A stretch of 64,000 nt of DNA from Octopus vulgaris. Lineage: Eukaryota. Shown piece after piece: positions 46,131-61,363 of the stretch. The notes beneath the pieces are model-generated. The model did not search any database and was not told the origin of the DNA. It saw only the letters and a program-made list of their open reading frames with translations. Location: the NCBI GenBank assembly GCA_951406725.2, contig OX597826.1:17360001-17424000 (forward strand). The letters run 5' to 3'. Numbering within the stretch: position 1 is the first letter of the stretch; each line of letters begins with the position of its first letter. The translations under genes and the position numbers were made by a program.

Positions 46131-47347
46131 TCTTGCTATTTTAGTTGGTGTTGTTGATTGTCATCGCTTATTGTTTCTTTTCGTGATGAAAATATTTCTA
46201 ATTGATATGCGATCCATTGACATTAGAGAGATGAAAAAATGAACTTGAATGGATCATATATATGAGCCAAAGGTCGCCTGATAAAAGTGAAAAATTTTTA
46301 ATTATGTAGATTTGAGATGGAGTGAATCCTTATTTCGCAATAAGTCTTCACCAATACAAATTTCAAATTCTATCTTTCTCCATAATTACCTGAACATTGT
46401 TTAGGTTTCCTTGTTAGAACATTATTAAAATTCCACTTGCTTATTAATTCATTATTTATTTTTAATTATTAGTTAGCTTTCATTAAATAATTGTTTAATT
46501 AATTCTTTGTATATTTTCAGTCAATTTAGTATTTTTCTTCTTTCCAATACTTTTATATATTTTCCAGTTTATTTTGTATTTCAAGCTTTATGTGAGATCA
46601 TTTACATATCTAACCATTAATTTGTGGTATCTCACATTATGGTAAATCCATCTAAATTTTTATTTTATTTTTATTTTTTCTTCTTTTTCTTCTTCATCTT
46701 CTTCATCTTCTTATTCAACTTCGTCTCCTTTGTCAAGTTGCTTTATTTTTCTCATCTCTTCTCTATTATTCTTATTCTTACGCTCATTCCATCATCCCTG
46801 CTTTTGCTGTGAGCTATTATTTACAGTATTGATGATGTCATTTTATACTTGTCTTCAGCTTCATGCCTGGCCTTGCTGAATCGTGATGCTCAAGCTGATC
46901 TCATCTAATCTAGATGACTGAAACGTAACACTGAATAACATGTGAACAGCTTGGAGCGATGTTATTTCTCGTATTCCTGTTGACTTGATCTGGTCATGAA
47001 TATCAGTTATTTGCAAATCATTTTCTTCGTTGCTTCAGAGTTACTGATTATTAGAAATTCTCTTGTGATTTTGATGCATCACAAGCTTGTATTTTGACAG
47101 GTGTTTCTCAGTCTTTTTCGGCCATACCTAATGTTATTAACATTTCAATTAGCTGACGGAACGTCAAGGACTAATCTGCATTATTCAGGTCAACGAGTTC
47201 ATTTCATGTAAGCGGATTCTAAACTTCTGTAACACATCCTTGATACGATCTAACGCAGTCTCAAATACATAATCAGGCCAATTAAACACCTTCGAAAAAT
47301 TAGTCTGCCCTTCTAACTTCTGAATTGACTATACGTTTCCTCTCTCC

Positions 47348-47423
<76 letters not shown>

Positions 47424-47501
47424 ACTCTCGCTAACAATATATGACCCCAGTTTAATTGTTTATATCACTGTACAACAAATGTTAACATAGAAACAACATA
47501 C

Positions 47502-48039
47502 ATGTTACCAGTTCAAATATGCTTGAAGCATATTCAAACTGGTAAGAAAGTCAATCACTGTATTTTTTCGTGGAGAAAATGTCTCGCTCTGGACACACCA
47601 ATTTAGTTCGCAACTTTTCTCAACCAGACTGGTGGATGCATGCCTTTCAAAGTGGTTACCTTCTCTTCAGCACCAGAAAGTGGGGGGTCAGGCGTTGTGA
47701 ACTGACAAGAGACACAGATCTTTTTCATTAAATACTCGTCATCGTACTAAAGGTGATTGTGCCAGTCGGAACGAAAGCGCTAAGCAATGATGTGTTTATA
47801 CGAACTTGTTACCAGTTCAAATATGCTTGAGACCTGTTCGAATCCGTATAAAAGCTATTAAATGTATGTGGTCATGGAGAAATTTCTCAATTTAGATAGA
47901 TAGGTGTAAACACATCAAGTCAGTTCCCCGCGTTCCCTAACGAGACTGTTGGATGCATGCATTTCGTAATGGTTATTTCCTTTTCAGTACCAGAAAAATG
48001 AAAGGTAGACGCTGAGAACTGACAAGACAGACAGATCTC
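47502..48039. repeat. Diverged tandem duplication, period ~304 bp
   Basis: TGTTACCAGTTCAAATATGCTTGA, GACTG.TGGATGCATGC.TTTC and GAACTGACAAGA..CAGATCT each occur twice. Confidence 0.85.
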
Positions 48040-48729
48040 TAATTATAAGTAACATAATATTACAAAAACTGCACAAAAAAGGGTATGATTTTTCATTATC
48101 CTCAACCATAGTCAGTTGTTAACCCTCTATAATGCTAAAGTATGAGTAACAACGGATTACTGCATACACCTGATACTATACACGCGAACTTTCTTGATTG
48201 CATCTATGTACTGTTCTATGGCTACAACAGTAGCTCATTTAACCAGTTATCCGTACACCCTCATCATTCAGTCTAATTTGTGCCATCCACTATTCTTCTT
48301 CTGTCACTATTACTATGTCTCATCTTCAAGATGCTGTTGTAAAAGTTTTACCCAATATTTTCTTCTCAATGCAGACATTGCACACTCATACATAGATATT
48401 TTTCATTTTTTATGTACTGAATATATCATTCTATATTTCTTCTGTGTATTTTGTTGAAAAATTAGTGTTTTTTTATTATTATTACTATTATTATTTTTGC
48501 AGCAAGCGCCCTAAATTGTTAGTCCTTTGTACAAAAATACTTAGTGGTATTTCTTCCAGCTCTTTACATTCCGAGTTAAAACTTCGCCGAGGTCGACTTT
48601 CTGTGAAATTTTCCTACCCGCCAATGCTTCTCTTACAGGCATTGACCTGCAGTTAGACACCAACTGCATCAATTCTCATCAAACCAAACAAGTAGGTCAT
48701 GACCATTGCCCCTACACATACACACACAT

Positions 48730-48762
<33 letters not shown>

Positions 48763-48879
48763 AATACACACACACTCCACATCTACAACTTTTTATATAT
48801 ACTACTAATCTAGAGATACAAATTTGCACTCATTTCTACGTACTAATTTATATAAATTTTAGACCAATTGATTTATATA

Positions 48880-49770
48880 TATATTGGCGAAAAAATAATT
48901 GAGGTGTAGTTATTTCAAACTTTGATGTTTATTTTGGATTAAAATTTTATATAACTTTTCTCATATGATGTACCATTTTTTAAAATGCAGATATTGATCT
49001 ATTGATTTATGGTAATGGTTTTGCTTTTACTGTTTATTCTTGTATATTTAGACTGCCAACGAAAAAAGCAAATTCTAGAAGTTTTATTGTAAGTTCAAAA
49101 TGGAACGGCGATCAAAGGAAAATAAACGCAGTATAAATCAAATATTTTAGAAGAAACCGTAAACAAACATACAGCTTGATATTGGTGCCAAATATTTCGT
49201 GAAGGCCATTACTGAAGTCGATCCACGCAAAACAACTCGAAAATACACGAAATACCTATATGTTGATTATTCAACAGTTGTTTGTCATTTGCATTATATT
49301 AGAAAGTGGGAAAAGGGGTCGACAAATGGGTGCTATATGAACTTAGCTTGAAAAAAACTCATCGTCACGAAATCTGCTCTGTCTTGTTTTGCGATTTGTT
49401 TCTTGATTGCATTATGGCGTTTGACGACAAACTGAATTATATAGAACAATCAATGTCGATCCATGCAGTGTATGGAACGAAGTGAATCACAAATCGAAGC
49501 CGCATCGAAAGAAGGTTATGGTCACTTTTTGGTGGTTAACGAATGGAATTATCCACTACTATTTACATGAAACCAAGAGACTTTTTGAGAGTTGGGAGGG
49601 AGGGCTTGGAAGTCAGCAAAGTGCAACAAGAATTGCAGCTCTTAAGAAAAAAAAAACCGATTCTTTTTCAGTACAAAGCCAGGCGACATCTCACACAAAC
49701 AACTCAGGAGAAATTAGACTGAGTTATGGAACTCTGTCTCACCCGCCAAGGTCACTCACCAGAACCCTCT
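48880..49770 (+). mobile_element. Highly decayed mariner transposase
   Basis: ETVNKHTA.YW..FREG, EVDPRKTTR, DYSTVVCHL, DKWVLYELS (WVPHEL), FLDCIMAFDDK (first D), KKVMVTFWW..GIIHY. Confidence 0.75.
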
Positions 49771-50356
49771 CAAACATTTCACTAAGTTCTAATAACTCAA
49801 AGAAGTTCAGGCCACCGCCATCACAATTCAGAAACCATACGTTAGGACTTTTACACTTAGTAACTGAATTTAAGCGGTGTTGAGCCTGTGATATTGAAAG
49901 GCACGTGGATCGTACAACGTATACGGATATCCTTTACATTTTTTGATGGTAATGTTGCATGAGTTGCGCTGCCATGTAAAAAGATTCCCATTTGGTTACT
50001 GTGCTATGGAGTTCTGTTACATAAGGAATATGAAGAGACACTCTACATGGATGATTTTAGTCATTCACTTAACTGTAAAAGATGGTTTTAGGTTGAAACA
50101 TTCAATTCCAGAAGTTAGAGTACCAGAGGTTTCAAGAGATGAAGGTTTTGTACACTGGAAGATTGTGCAGTAAGTTACTGCTGGTAAGCATAGATCTGAT
50201 ATTTGAAGGTACTGAGACAGTAATGGCCAGTGAAGGCTTATTTCAGAGGTGAAAAGAGAATCAAGGTTATTTGGTGAGCAGATGTGTCTGAAAGGGATAC
50301 ACGTAGGAATGGAAAGTAACTGAAGTAAGCAGTTAAGGGTGATAGATGACTCATAT

Positions 50357-50778
50357 TCGGCGAGCTGGCAAAAACGTTAGCACGCCGAGCGAAATGCTTG
50401 GCGGTATTTCGTCTGCCGTTACGTTGTGAGTTCAAATTCCGCCGAGGTCGACTTTGCCTTCCATCCTTTCGGGGTCGATAAATTAAGTACCAGTTACGCA
50501 CTGGGGTCGATGTAATCGACTTGATACCTACGTCTGTCCTTGTTTGTCCCCTCTATGTTTAGCCCCTTGTGGGTAATAAAGAAATAGAAATAGGTATTTC
50601 GTCTGCCGTTACGTTCTGAGTTCAAATTCCGCCGAGGTCGACTTTGCTTTTCATCCTTTCGGGGTCGATAAATTAAGTACCAGTTACGCACTGGGGTCTA
50701 TGTAATCGACTTAATCCATTTGTCTGTCCTTGTTTGTCCCCTCTATGTTTAGCCCCTTGTGGGCAATAAAGAAATAAG
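50357..50778 (+). mobile_element. Young SINE family A dimer (full unit plus A-box-less unit)
   Basis: 50403-50586 is nearly identical to 50594-50778. Confidence 0.92.
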
Positions 50779-51291
50779 ATGATTCATATTCCACATTAGC
50801 AACATCGGTGTGAGTGGAGGTTAAGAGTCTAGAGGAATTGTATACTATAAAAGCTTTGCTTTGTTTTCAATAAGTTATTTCTGATTCACTATAAATCTAT
50901 ACCTTACATTTACATCAATATCTGCCTCATGTCATCCTGTTGCCAAGAAACTAACACTTTGCCTCGCTGCATGTTCTCATTATAGAGATAAACATGATGA
51001 TTATTATGGCCGGGATGATGGCAATGATTAGTATGGTGCTAATCAGGACGATTGTGATAATACTGATGATGATCCTCATTAACAACATGAAGTTTCTTTT
51101 TTTTACTTGTTTTATGTGTTAATTATCAAATGATTGCTTCGGGTTGTGTGGCTCGGTTAGCATTTCATCTTCAAAGTACCTGGAAAAGCTATGTCAATAT
51201 TCATAGAATATTTCTTCAGGGGCAATGTCAAGTAATATCTTCAAAGTGTTATTCTAAATTGATTCAAATCAGAAGTCATAAAGCATCAGGC

Positions 51292-51642
<351 letters not shown>

Positions 51643-53750
51643 ATTACAGTAATCAAAGCTAAAAGCGAGTTTCTATATGAACACTCGAGTTACCAGAAAT
51701 AGTTACAAAATCTCCCTTACATTACAACCTGAGTCCTGGAAAAGGGAAGGTCAAATTGAATAAGGTAGTTCTACATACAAAATGTCTAATAAAATGACGG
51801 AATATTCACAGGTTTTACTCATTCTATGAACGACCTGGCATAAACAATAATTCTGCAGCCAAATCGATAGGTAACAGCCAACATAAACCTAGCTATATTC
51901 TATTCTGCAGTAAATCCGCCATCAGTCAACAACACAAATGTCCACTTCACTTCTCGGAAAATATATTTACTTCATCCTTCCACACAAAAGTCGTCATCTG
52001 TCCAAAACAGAAATGTCTTCTCGAGACGTCTACGTCAGTGTACAGTTCTTGAGTAGGCGTTGGGGGTGTGGTAGGGTGGTAAAATTAGAGAACGAAATCA
52101 GAATTAAGTAATTGTTCAACAACAATAAAAAAGAATTCATGTCAAGAATTTCTTAAGTTGTTCGTCTATCAGTTGGCTTCCATTGATTTTCTCTCAGATC
52201 GGACCTATTTTTCACTCCAACAATGTTGCAAGGAGACCACACTAGATTAGAGAAAAGGAAATGAAACAAAATAAAACAAGAAATATAACAAATGAAAGCT
52301 ATTTAATTGAATTACGAAAAACCTCTTCCAATTATTTTATTTTTTCGCTCGCTTCTGTTCTTTGTTTTCGTTTTCAGAAGTACTGCTGCTCCTACTGCAA
52401 TCAACACTAATACTTCTAGTGCTTCAAATACCGACAACACTTACACTATCACCACAACAATAATTACTACTAGTTTTAATGTTACCAATAGCAGCTATAT
52501 TCTAGTAAGGCTACTATTATCATCCAGCTTGCCAAATCATCCCCACCAGCCCAAAGAGAAACTAGCACTACCACCACCTGCCACAACTGCTTTTATTAGT
52601 ATTTCTTAATGAGGAAATTAACAACTGGACAAACACAATTTCAAGCTCTCTATAGAATCTCGTAGAATTATTATTAGTATCACAGTTACCTTTATTGCTG
52701 CTGCTGCTGCGACTGCGACTGACACGGAATGGCTGTTGTTATTTCTGGATAGCTAAGGAAGTTGTTTGTACTTTATCTTCTGTCATAAATAGAATATTTT
52801 AGAAACTTAATTTCGTTTTCCCGGTATTTAAACAAAGTATTTTTCTTTTACTAATTCACGCACAGATGGTGCCGATGCGAATCTCAGGCTTCATTATTTC
52901 TTCTTTTTTTTTTCAGATCAGATGAAATTCAAACAATTACTGCCTCCTGTAAAGCAAACTTTCTCTGTTATCAAGTTTAAAATGTTATCAATTGGAGAAA
53001 CATGATTTCGAATTCTCTTAGAAATATCTTAGAATTCTCGTTTGTATTCTCTTTAGAATCGCGATCCTTCATGTTTTATTCTCATTAGCTTAAACTTTAA
53101 GATAGCATTTACCATCCTCGAGAAAATATTTTCATGGCAGCGCTTAATATGTTTACATAATCAAAATACTGAAGTGTGCATTCTATCATTTTCACTCTAC
53201 ATGTATTGGCAACCCAATGCCACAAACTGTAGTGATACAGGTTTCTATGAACTGTTTGCATCAAAGTTACAAAACACAATATGAAGCCTGATGTATTCTA
53301 AGAATGAAAATTAAAAACGTTTTATTGCTGAAGTTGCTCTTTTTTCTAACGTCATCAGAGTTATTTCCCAAAGCTTTCTTTACAATGAAATATGTCTGAT
53401 ATACACCTGATGTACTGAATTATTCTCAACAACAACAGTAAGTAGCATCCATACGACCAAGAAATTCTCATCTACCTAATCCGTAGCACAAGCTACTTTC
53501 TGTGCCTTCCTACCATTTCCACAATTCTATGCCATCAATAAAATACCTTGCTAAACCAGCATTAAAGTTGATTCGTATAAAGACGTGTTGAAAGTCGGGA
53601 TAGCCAACAAATTTTTTCAATCAGCTAAAGCATTTAAAGGTATCAAGAGATAAATGACAACTTCAACACATGACATATTCAATCAACCTCCAGCTTTATA
53701 TTGAATTTTAATGCTTCCCTTCATCTAGCGAAAGTACAATCCTACCCATA

Positions 53751-53828
<78 letters not shown>

Positions 53829-53851
53829 ATGTATGTATGTATGTGTGTGTG

Positions 53852-53886
<35 letters not shown>

Positions 53887-53891
53887 AAATA

Positions 53892-55129
53892 CAGGGTGCG
53901 TAAGATATTTGAGGACAGATTTATATTTATATAAAATAAAACAGATATATAATAACAGATAATAACTTCATTTTTCAAAAGATTCTATGAAGATAAAAAT
54001 AAACCTTTTCTATAATGTTATTCAATAAAGCCAACTTCAGCTTCAACAACTGCTTCTATATGAAATCTAAATCATCTATATGCACGAATCAAGTGGTCCT
54101 GGTTCATTTTGGATATTACCCTAACTATGGCAGCTTTCAAAGAATCTTTGGTGTTATGGGCGTGTTCATTGACACGCTCAACAGTGCTCTACGTGTAATA
54201 GTCCAATCAGAATTAGGAGGCTAAATGTTAGGGGTTATGTGACCATGAAAATTTTCAGCCATCCATTCCTGTGTTACTAGAGCCGTGTGTGATAGTGCAG
54301 AGTCTTAATGAAGCACATATAGTTTTTCACTGCATACACTGTCCATCCAGGGCTTAACAATTATTTCCAGGACCTTAATATAGGCGGTAGAGTTAAATTT
54401 AAGGCTTTGTGGAAAGAGGTAAGGAAGCATCACATGTCCTTCATTGCTGACAACCCCTACAACCATGACAGCTGCAAGAAATTCTGTATGCATAACACTT
54501 GGAACTTCAGAAGGGTCTGCACATAACCATCTTTCATTTCTTCTGTTAACTTTTTGATCTTGGTCGAAGTTTTTCTCGTATAAGAAAAAAAAAATCAAAT
54601 CTTCTGCTGCTGGATTTTTCAGTTTGTTTAAGAGACTTTTAGATTTGATGTGGTGATTTTCTTTTGTTTTTCTTTTTCTGACAAATTGACCTTTCCTCAT
54701 CATATACGACTTATATCTGATGTCTTCCTGGACACATTTCTGATTGTCCCTTCTGACATATGGAGATCTTTTGAAATTGACTACATAGACTTTCTGGGAT
54801 TGTAAACAATAGTCTGTTGAACTTGCTGGATAAATTCAAGTGTTCTGGTGATTTCAGAGTGTGTAGAATGTGTTTTATGCTTTGATATTGGTGATACGTT
54901 TCCTTCTTCAGTTTTTAGCTCCTTACAAACTTTGTAGACGAAAGATCTGGAAACTTTTAAAAATCGAGACATTTCTAAATCGCTATGCTCAGCCTTTAAT
55001 AACCACAATAACAGCATGATTCTTCATTTCTTGAGTAAGCTGAGGGTCTGCCATTATTATTTTCTGAAACAAAGATTATATGCAACAATGATCCAAAAAT
55101 GTATGTCCTCAAATACCTTACGCACCCTG
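53892..55129 (-). mobile_element. Full-length Tc1/mariner element of maT (DD37D)-like type; transposase pseudogene 55054-54018
   Basis: TA-flanked TIRs CAGGGTGCGTAAG.TATTTGAGGACA; motifs EKNFDQDQKVNRRN.RW, VMV.GVVSNEGHVM, VKPW, DSALSH...TQEW...PPNS, GFIE*; stops and frameshifts present. Confidence 0.9.
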
Positions 55130-55687
55130 TATATAGAGAGAGGGAGAGAGAGAAATATACACACATGCATATATATATATATACATATATAGACATATAT
55201 TCACAGACACGTATACACACACGTGTGTGTGTGTGTAACACAGAAGAATGGAGATTTATACATTCTTTTATCACTTACACGTTTCGGATAGATTGATAAA
55301 TTCTAAAATTCTGAAATGGAATAATCATTCATATTAAACGATTATAAATTTAATCAACTAATATAGATATAGAGAAATTAAAGATCATCTTATCCATACC
55401 AAAGCTATACCATATTCCAGTCGAAGCGTGTGTAAGCTTATTAAAGAATGTATAATTCTCCATTCTTTTGTGTTTCCTATATTCTGTGACTTTACACCAA
55501 ATTTATTCGGTGTTTGAACCTAGGATTTACAAACTGGATAGGCAATGGAAAGAAATTTTACAGCTTACGTGAATTACAATGGCTCTCACTGGACAATTTG
55601 TTTAGCCAAGTTTGATCCTACAGAACTCTTATAAACTATTCGGCGGAGATTTTAATCCCTTAATCCTTTTTCCCTTGTTACACATAT

Positions 55688-55740
<53 letters not shown>

Positions 55741-55755
55741 CATACATATATATAT

Positions 55756-55812
<57 letters not shown>

Positions 55813-55813
55813 C

Positions 55814-55862
<49 letters not shown>

Positions 55863-56504
55863 TATATCGATAGATGTATGTGTATGCGTGTATGTGTGGA
55901 TAGATAAGTAAGGTCGGTAAGCGGAGAGTAATAAAATGTGTTTGTATGAAGACGGGATAAATAGACCGACCATTGTTACTTTGGCAGCCCCTTAAAAGAA
56001 AATTCTGACATTTGCAAAGTTATCAAACAAGCTTCAGATAACAATCTAACTCAATGTTAATAACGTTCATTCATTTCTTCTCATCGGTTTAAACATTCTA
56101 AGATAAGATGAGAGAAGTAATTAATTATTCAACACCAGATAATATATTGACACTAACGAAACGACTTTACATTCGTTAGAATCAGATTTCGTCCCTTCAC
56201 CGATTCGCTTATCTCTGGTGTTTCACTAGTTTTGCAAAACGTCAGACTGTATTGCTTTTCTTCTGCCCGCGTTACTTTGCAGATTATACTTCCCTAACAA
56301 CACCGGTAACATAGGTCTTGCATACGATGCCTGATTACAAACAGTAACAACCAATCAGCTAGCGTTGTTTCAATAGCATCAGGATCAACCTTTATTAAGT
56401 ATTACAATCGAAATATTACATGTGTGTGTGTGTGTGTTGATGGATGGAGGGATGGATGGATGTGTATATATAAATGTATAAATGTACACTTGTATTCATA
56501 TTTA

Positions 56505-56853
<349 letters not shown>

Positions 56854-56854
56854 T

Positions 56855-59150
56855 TAACCCCACTGTGCGAATATCATCATATAGTCTGTGGTTAATGTAG
56901 CTCTTGTAGTTTCTCCTGGATATTGCCAGCATATCAGGAGTATTTACTCCCTTCCTCTTCTAAACCGATAAAGGAGTCCTTAACTATTCAGGGAAAATAT
57001 CAGGGGTGACAGTGTGGCTTTTGTACCTTCTCCCATAGACGGATATGTTGTGTTTACATTAGATTGCTGTTTTGATTAGAATGTTCCTCCAGTATCCATA
57101 CTGATATAGATATTTTCTGGATCGGGTTCAGGTTTGTCATAGGCACAACTGTACAAGCAATCCTTCTTGCACATAGCACTACAAGAAGTTTACAATTCAT
57201 ATCTTGCAAGGATGTAATATCCAGAGTACATTTTTGAACTGCTGATGATGTGACTGATGTTTTCCACTATGAGCATTCTCTATCGAAATGAACGTTTTTG
57301 AGACATTCTTATCTTTCTATTTATCACTTTTTTAATAACTATCTCCTATTCTTATCAAGTGAAAGAGAATCTTTTTATGTAGGATAGGAGTTTATCTTGC
57401 ACAAATCCAGGTGAAGTTACTTTTCCTGTACTTCTGTACTTCTCCAACATGCAAGGTATGTATCCTTCTATAACTTCCGGCTAATTTTATAAGTGTTTTT
57501 CCTCCAAGTTTATGTTTAAGTCGGTTAGTCCAACTGCTCTTAAGTTACGTGGAATAGCAAGGAGCTATTCTCTCAGATTTCACTCTTTTTACTGGTTAGT
57601 ACACAGGTAATGTGCTCATATCTGTCTCTTGGTGTTGTGAGGGTCATCGACGAAAAATATATCAGTTTCATTAATTCTCTCCCCGTTGCAAATTCTAATA
57701 TGTAATCTTGGTATTTCCTTGGCAGGGCCAACTATGTCGTTGACGTCTAGCGCGATTAGCATTATAGGCAAGATGCTACCTTAAAATATTTTATACCCAT
57801 CGAGAAACTAATCTTGTTTGTGATTTCAGTTGTTGCTTCAATTGTCAGATACCTGCGTTGGCCAGGTTGTGAATTTTTAATCTTAATTAGTGTCGCAGAT
57901 GGAAGTTTAGCAAAGTATTCATCAATGAGGGGTAAAGTCTAGCAATACACTTAGTAGCGGATCTTGGTGGTGCTCCTGCATATTTTTAATGTCATCTTTG
58001 TGAACGAAAATCTGTTCGTCACAGCTCCAGGCTCCTTTCTTTCCTCCTGACTATTTATTAATCGTCAAAACGTCTGTTTCGCAGGATCTTGTAGTAAAAC
58101 ATTCAAGCAAGCTGTGTATAACTTATACATAACATGTTAGGGATCCGTACATTTTGGTGGGGGCCCGTGCATTACTTTGTTCTAAGGTGCAGAGCTTCGT
58201 TATCTTACATGAACTTACAAGCCCAGCAACCGACTACAAGCTTTATCCAGTATTATTTTCCTTCTGATTATTTTACAACAAACCTTCAGGAGAGTTTCAT
58301 TGGTAATGACGTATGTTTTGGAAGGAATATTTTCTGGGTATCTCCTCCGTAATTCCTTTAATTGATGCTATTTATTTACATTTCAGATTCTACCCAACCG
58401 CCCACATAAATGACTCCTGATCATCCTGAGGAAGACCATATACAATTTTAGTGGTATGGTCTTCTATGCAGGGATATATAGTTTATGGTTTTAATGCAAA
58501 CATTCAGTTGATAGTTCAACGTTCTTGTAATTTTGACTTACTATTCTTAGCACGTGTTTTAGGGCAATTAGTTTATCTGAGTGTTTCTTGTCAACAGTCC
58601 TCATTGATTTTCGATAATTTATCATAAAGTCACAGCTGAGGATTCAGAAAATCATTATTGACATTGTGTATAATGAAAGCATTTGACTCTCTTTTCATTT
58701 TCGTAACTTCCCAATTTTCTTTTAGAAAGAAACAATCCATTAAAGATGTATATCATCTTTTTATCAATCGTCCTTACTCCTATTTGTTGGAGAATAGTAA
58801 ATATAACACAGCATAACAGAGCGTTCAATGTCTAACAGTTGGTATCCTTCAGTTTATGCAAGTTCTTTAACAACTTAGTCGATCGCTGATCATCTCAAAT
58901 CAGTGAGATTTCATTAAGTAACTTGTCAATATATAGCTAAGCAAAGTTTAAATAAGGCTGTAAGCTGTATTTTGAGTTATATACATCCTTCTCTAACTTA
59001 AATATGTTCTAAAGCAACTACTGCATGTCTGTATAATGGCAACTCCTATCTTACTGTTTTTGTCATAGTTTTTTATTTCATTCCTAGATTTAGCAAATTT
59101 TGAGCGAAAATATCTACTGAGCTGTTGATACAGTTATTTGCCATACACTT
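56855..59150 (-). mobile_element. Old, heavily decayed R4/Dong-like reverse-transcriptase relic
   Basis: Minus-strand remnants MYKLYTACLNVLLQD, GGKKGAWSCDEQ, IF*GS, DIFFVDD (RT active site), LNS*.LLY..RRGR. Confidence 0.55.
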
Positions 59151-59569
59151 TTGGTGATTGATTCAATCTTATATGAAGGGTAAAAGTTTAAGGGATAGTA
59201 CTCATCACACGAAAGAATAGTCTACTCAGTGAAGTAACTGAATTCAACGCTGTTTATGCATTTATGTTAGTGTATATATATATAAGTGTATATATATACA
59301 TATATATGCATGCATGCATGTATGTATGTATGTATGTATGTATGTTTATTATTCCTGTATATCTGTATGTTCTTGGATCATGCAATAACTTTATGGTTTC
59401 AGAAGACAACTGATTCCTTCAGCACTCTTGAGTTTCGTTTCTGGTACTTACATGGCATCACAAGGCGAACAAAAGTTGCTGTATTCTTTTGCTGTATATA
59501 TTTTAATCTCTTCCAGATTGCTCTGGCTACCAAATCATTCCTTATCTACACTTTTTCAGATTCAGTTTA

Positions 59570-60575
59570 AAATAATCTCAAAGCAAATCAAAATTATATT
59601 TTAAGCAACATAAGAAAATCGTTTTAAATTGAACCAAGTTAAAACAATCACGAAACAAATTAGATTAACTTCGAAATAAGTTAAAATAGTATTCGATCAA
59701 GTTGAAATAATATCATTGCAAATGAAACGGTAGATGTTTGGATAAAATACAGTAAATGTCTATGTTCTAAGTTGTTTGAACACACATTGGTTGGTTCAAC
59801 GGATTCATTTCATCATTTCGTAGTTTGTCTCAAAACTAAAAGTATCTGTATTTTACGAGGTTTTAAGCAGGGAAGCAAACGGATTTGTACAAGTAGTGTT
59901 CATACAAATTTGGGGTGCGTATACTGCGTCTTTCTGAACGAGAAGATTGGGAGTCCATTGCTACTGCACATAGCGGTAAGAGGACAACAGCTGATGATTG
60001 GGTAAGTAAAAATCAAGTACCGCGATAACACTGCAATGATATCCGTGACAATGAGAAGATGAACGAACATAGTTACGTGTCGAATGGTTAAACGAATGCC
60101 TACAATTAACATAAAAGAATGCTGATATTTAACCATTGGATTGACTGTGTCCCAACTACTTGTATAAATTCATCATGATGGAAGAATGATTTCATTGAAA
60201 TAAGTGTATTAACAGTCAAGTGTAACTATTTTGTATTTCTGAAGTAGATGATCCCTAAAAACCCATAAAAGAAATCTTGATACTAGTTCAAGAAGAAATG
60301 CCAGTCAAACTTAACAAAATACCAGTAAGATAAAAACATCGAGAAAATGGTATGAGGGCATTATTTAATTTTGAAAAATTTAATTTGTTCTGTGAATATT
60401 TTAAATTTTTTTCTGTTCCGTTAACTTAATTCAAGATTATTTAAATTTGCTTCAAGCGTATTTTAATTTGCTTGGCATTTATAACAATTTCATTCGGGTC
60501 TGTTGTGTTTCGAATTTTTCTTAATTTGCTTCGTGTTTATTTTAATTTGCTTCGAAATTACTTTCATTTATGCTT
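59570..60575. mobile_element. Probable non-autonomous DNA transposon with inverted subterminal repeat arrays
   Basis: Left end has degenerate AAGCAAAT.AAAAT / CGAAACAAATTA units; right end has repeated TTTAATTTGCTT(CG). Confidence 0.4.
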
Positions 60576-61047
60576 AAAAACGTATAGTGAACGTTGTCCC
60601 GTAGTCGGCAGTGATGCAGTTAATGGTTTCAGTTTTCGTTTCTCACAGCCTACATTTATTGTTATATACGTACATACGCACACACATACATACACATACG
60701 TTCGTTCATTGGAACATAAGTACGTAAATACATAAATACATACATACATTTAGGAACATACCTACGCATCTCTAAAAATGAATACATACATACATATAAG
60801 TATATACGTACATAGCACATACATACAAAAATACATACATATGTATGAGACATGCTCTGGTTTTAGTCTTAAAGTTCTCATTAGAATTTTCCAAAGATCA
60901 ACTACATTGTCATGTACGCGTAGTCAATTTAATGTTTATTTAATTTAGTGATTTTTTTAAAATAATATTTATTCTAGTATATTTGAATTTTTTTCTATAC
61001 AATATAGATAATGTCTTTCACTATTGAATTCCTTAATTATCTCTCTT

Positions 61048-61112
<65 letters not shown>

Positions 61113-61114
<2 letters not shown>

Positions 61115-61316
61115 GCACGCCGGGCGAAATGCGTAGCCGTATTTCGTCTGCCGTTACGTTTTGAGTTCAAATTCCGCCGAGGTCGACTTTGCCTTTCATC
61201 CTTTCGTGGTCGATAAATTAAGTACCAGTTACGCACAGGGGTCGATGTAATCGACTTAATCCCTTTGTCTGTCCTTGTTTGTCCACTCTATGTTTGGTCC
61301 CTTGTGGGTAGTAAAG

Positions 61317-61320
<4 letters not shown>
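61113..61320 (+). mobile_element. Young SINE family A (A2 tail) within (TA)n
   Basis: TAGCACGCCGGGCGAAATGC...GAGTTCAAATTCCGCCGAGGTCGAC...GTAGTAAAGAAAT. Confidence 0.9.

Positions 61321-61363
<43 letters not shown>

Noticed and set aside
58425-58475. CTGAGGA followed by a hairpin, hammerhead-like
   Set aside because: No GAAA after the stem; lies inside an R4-like RT relic.
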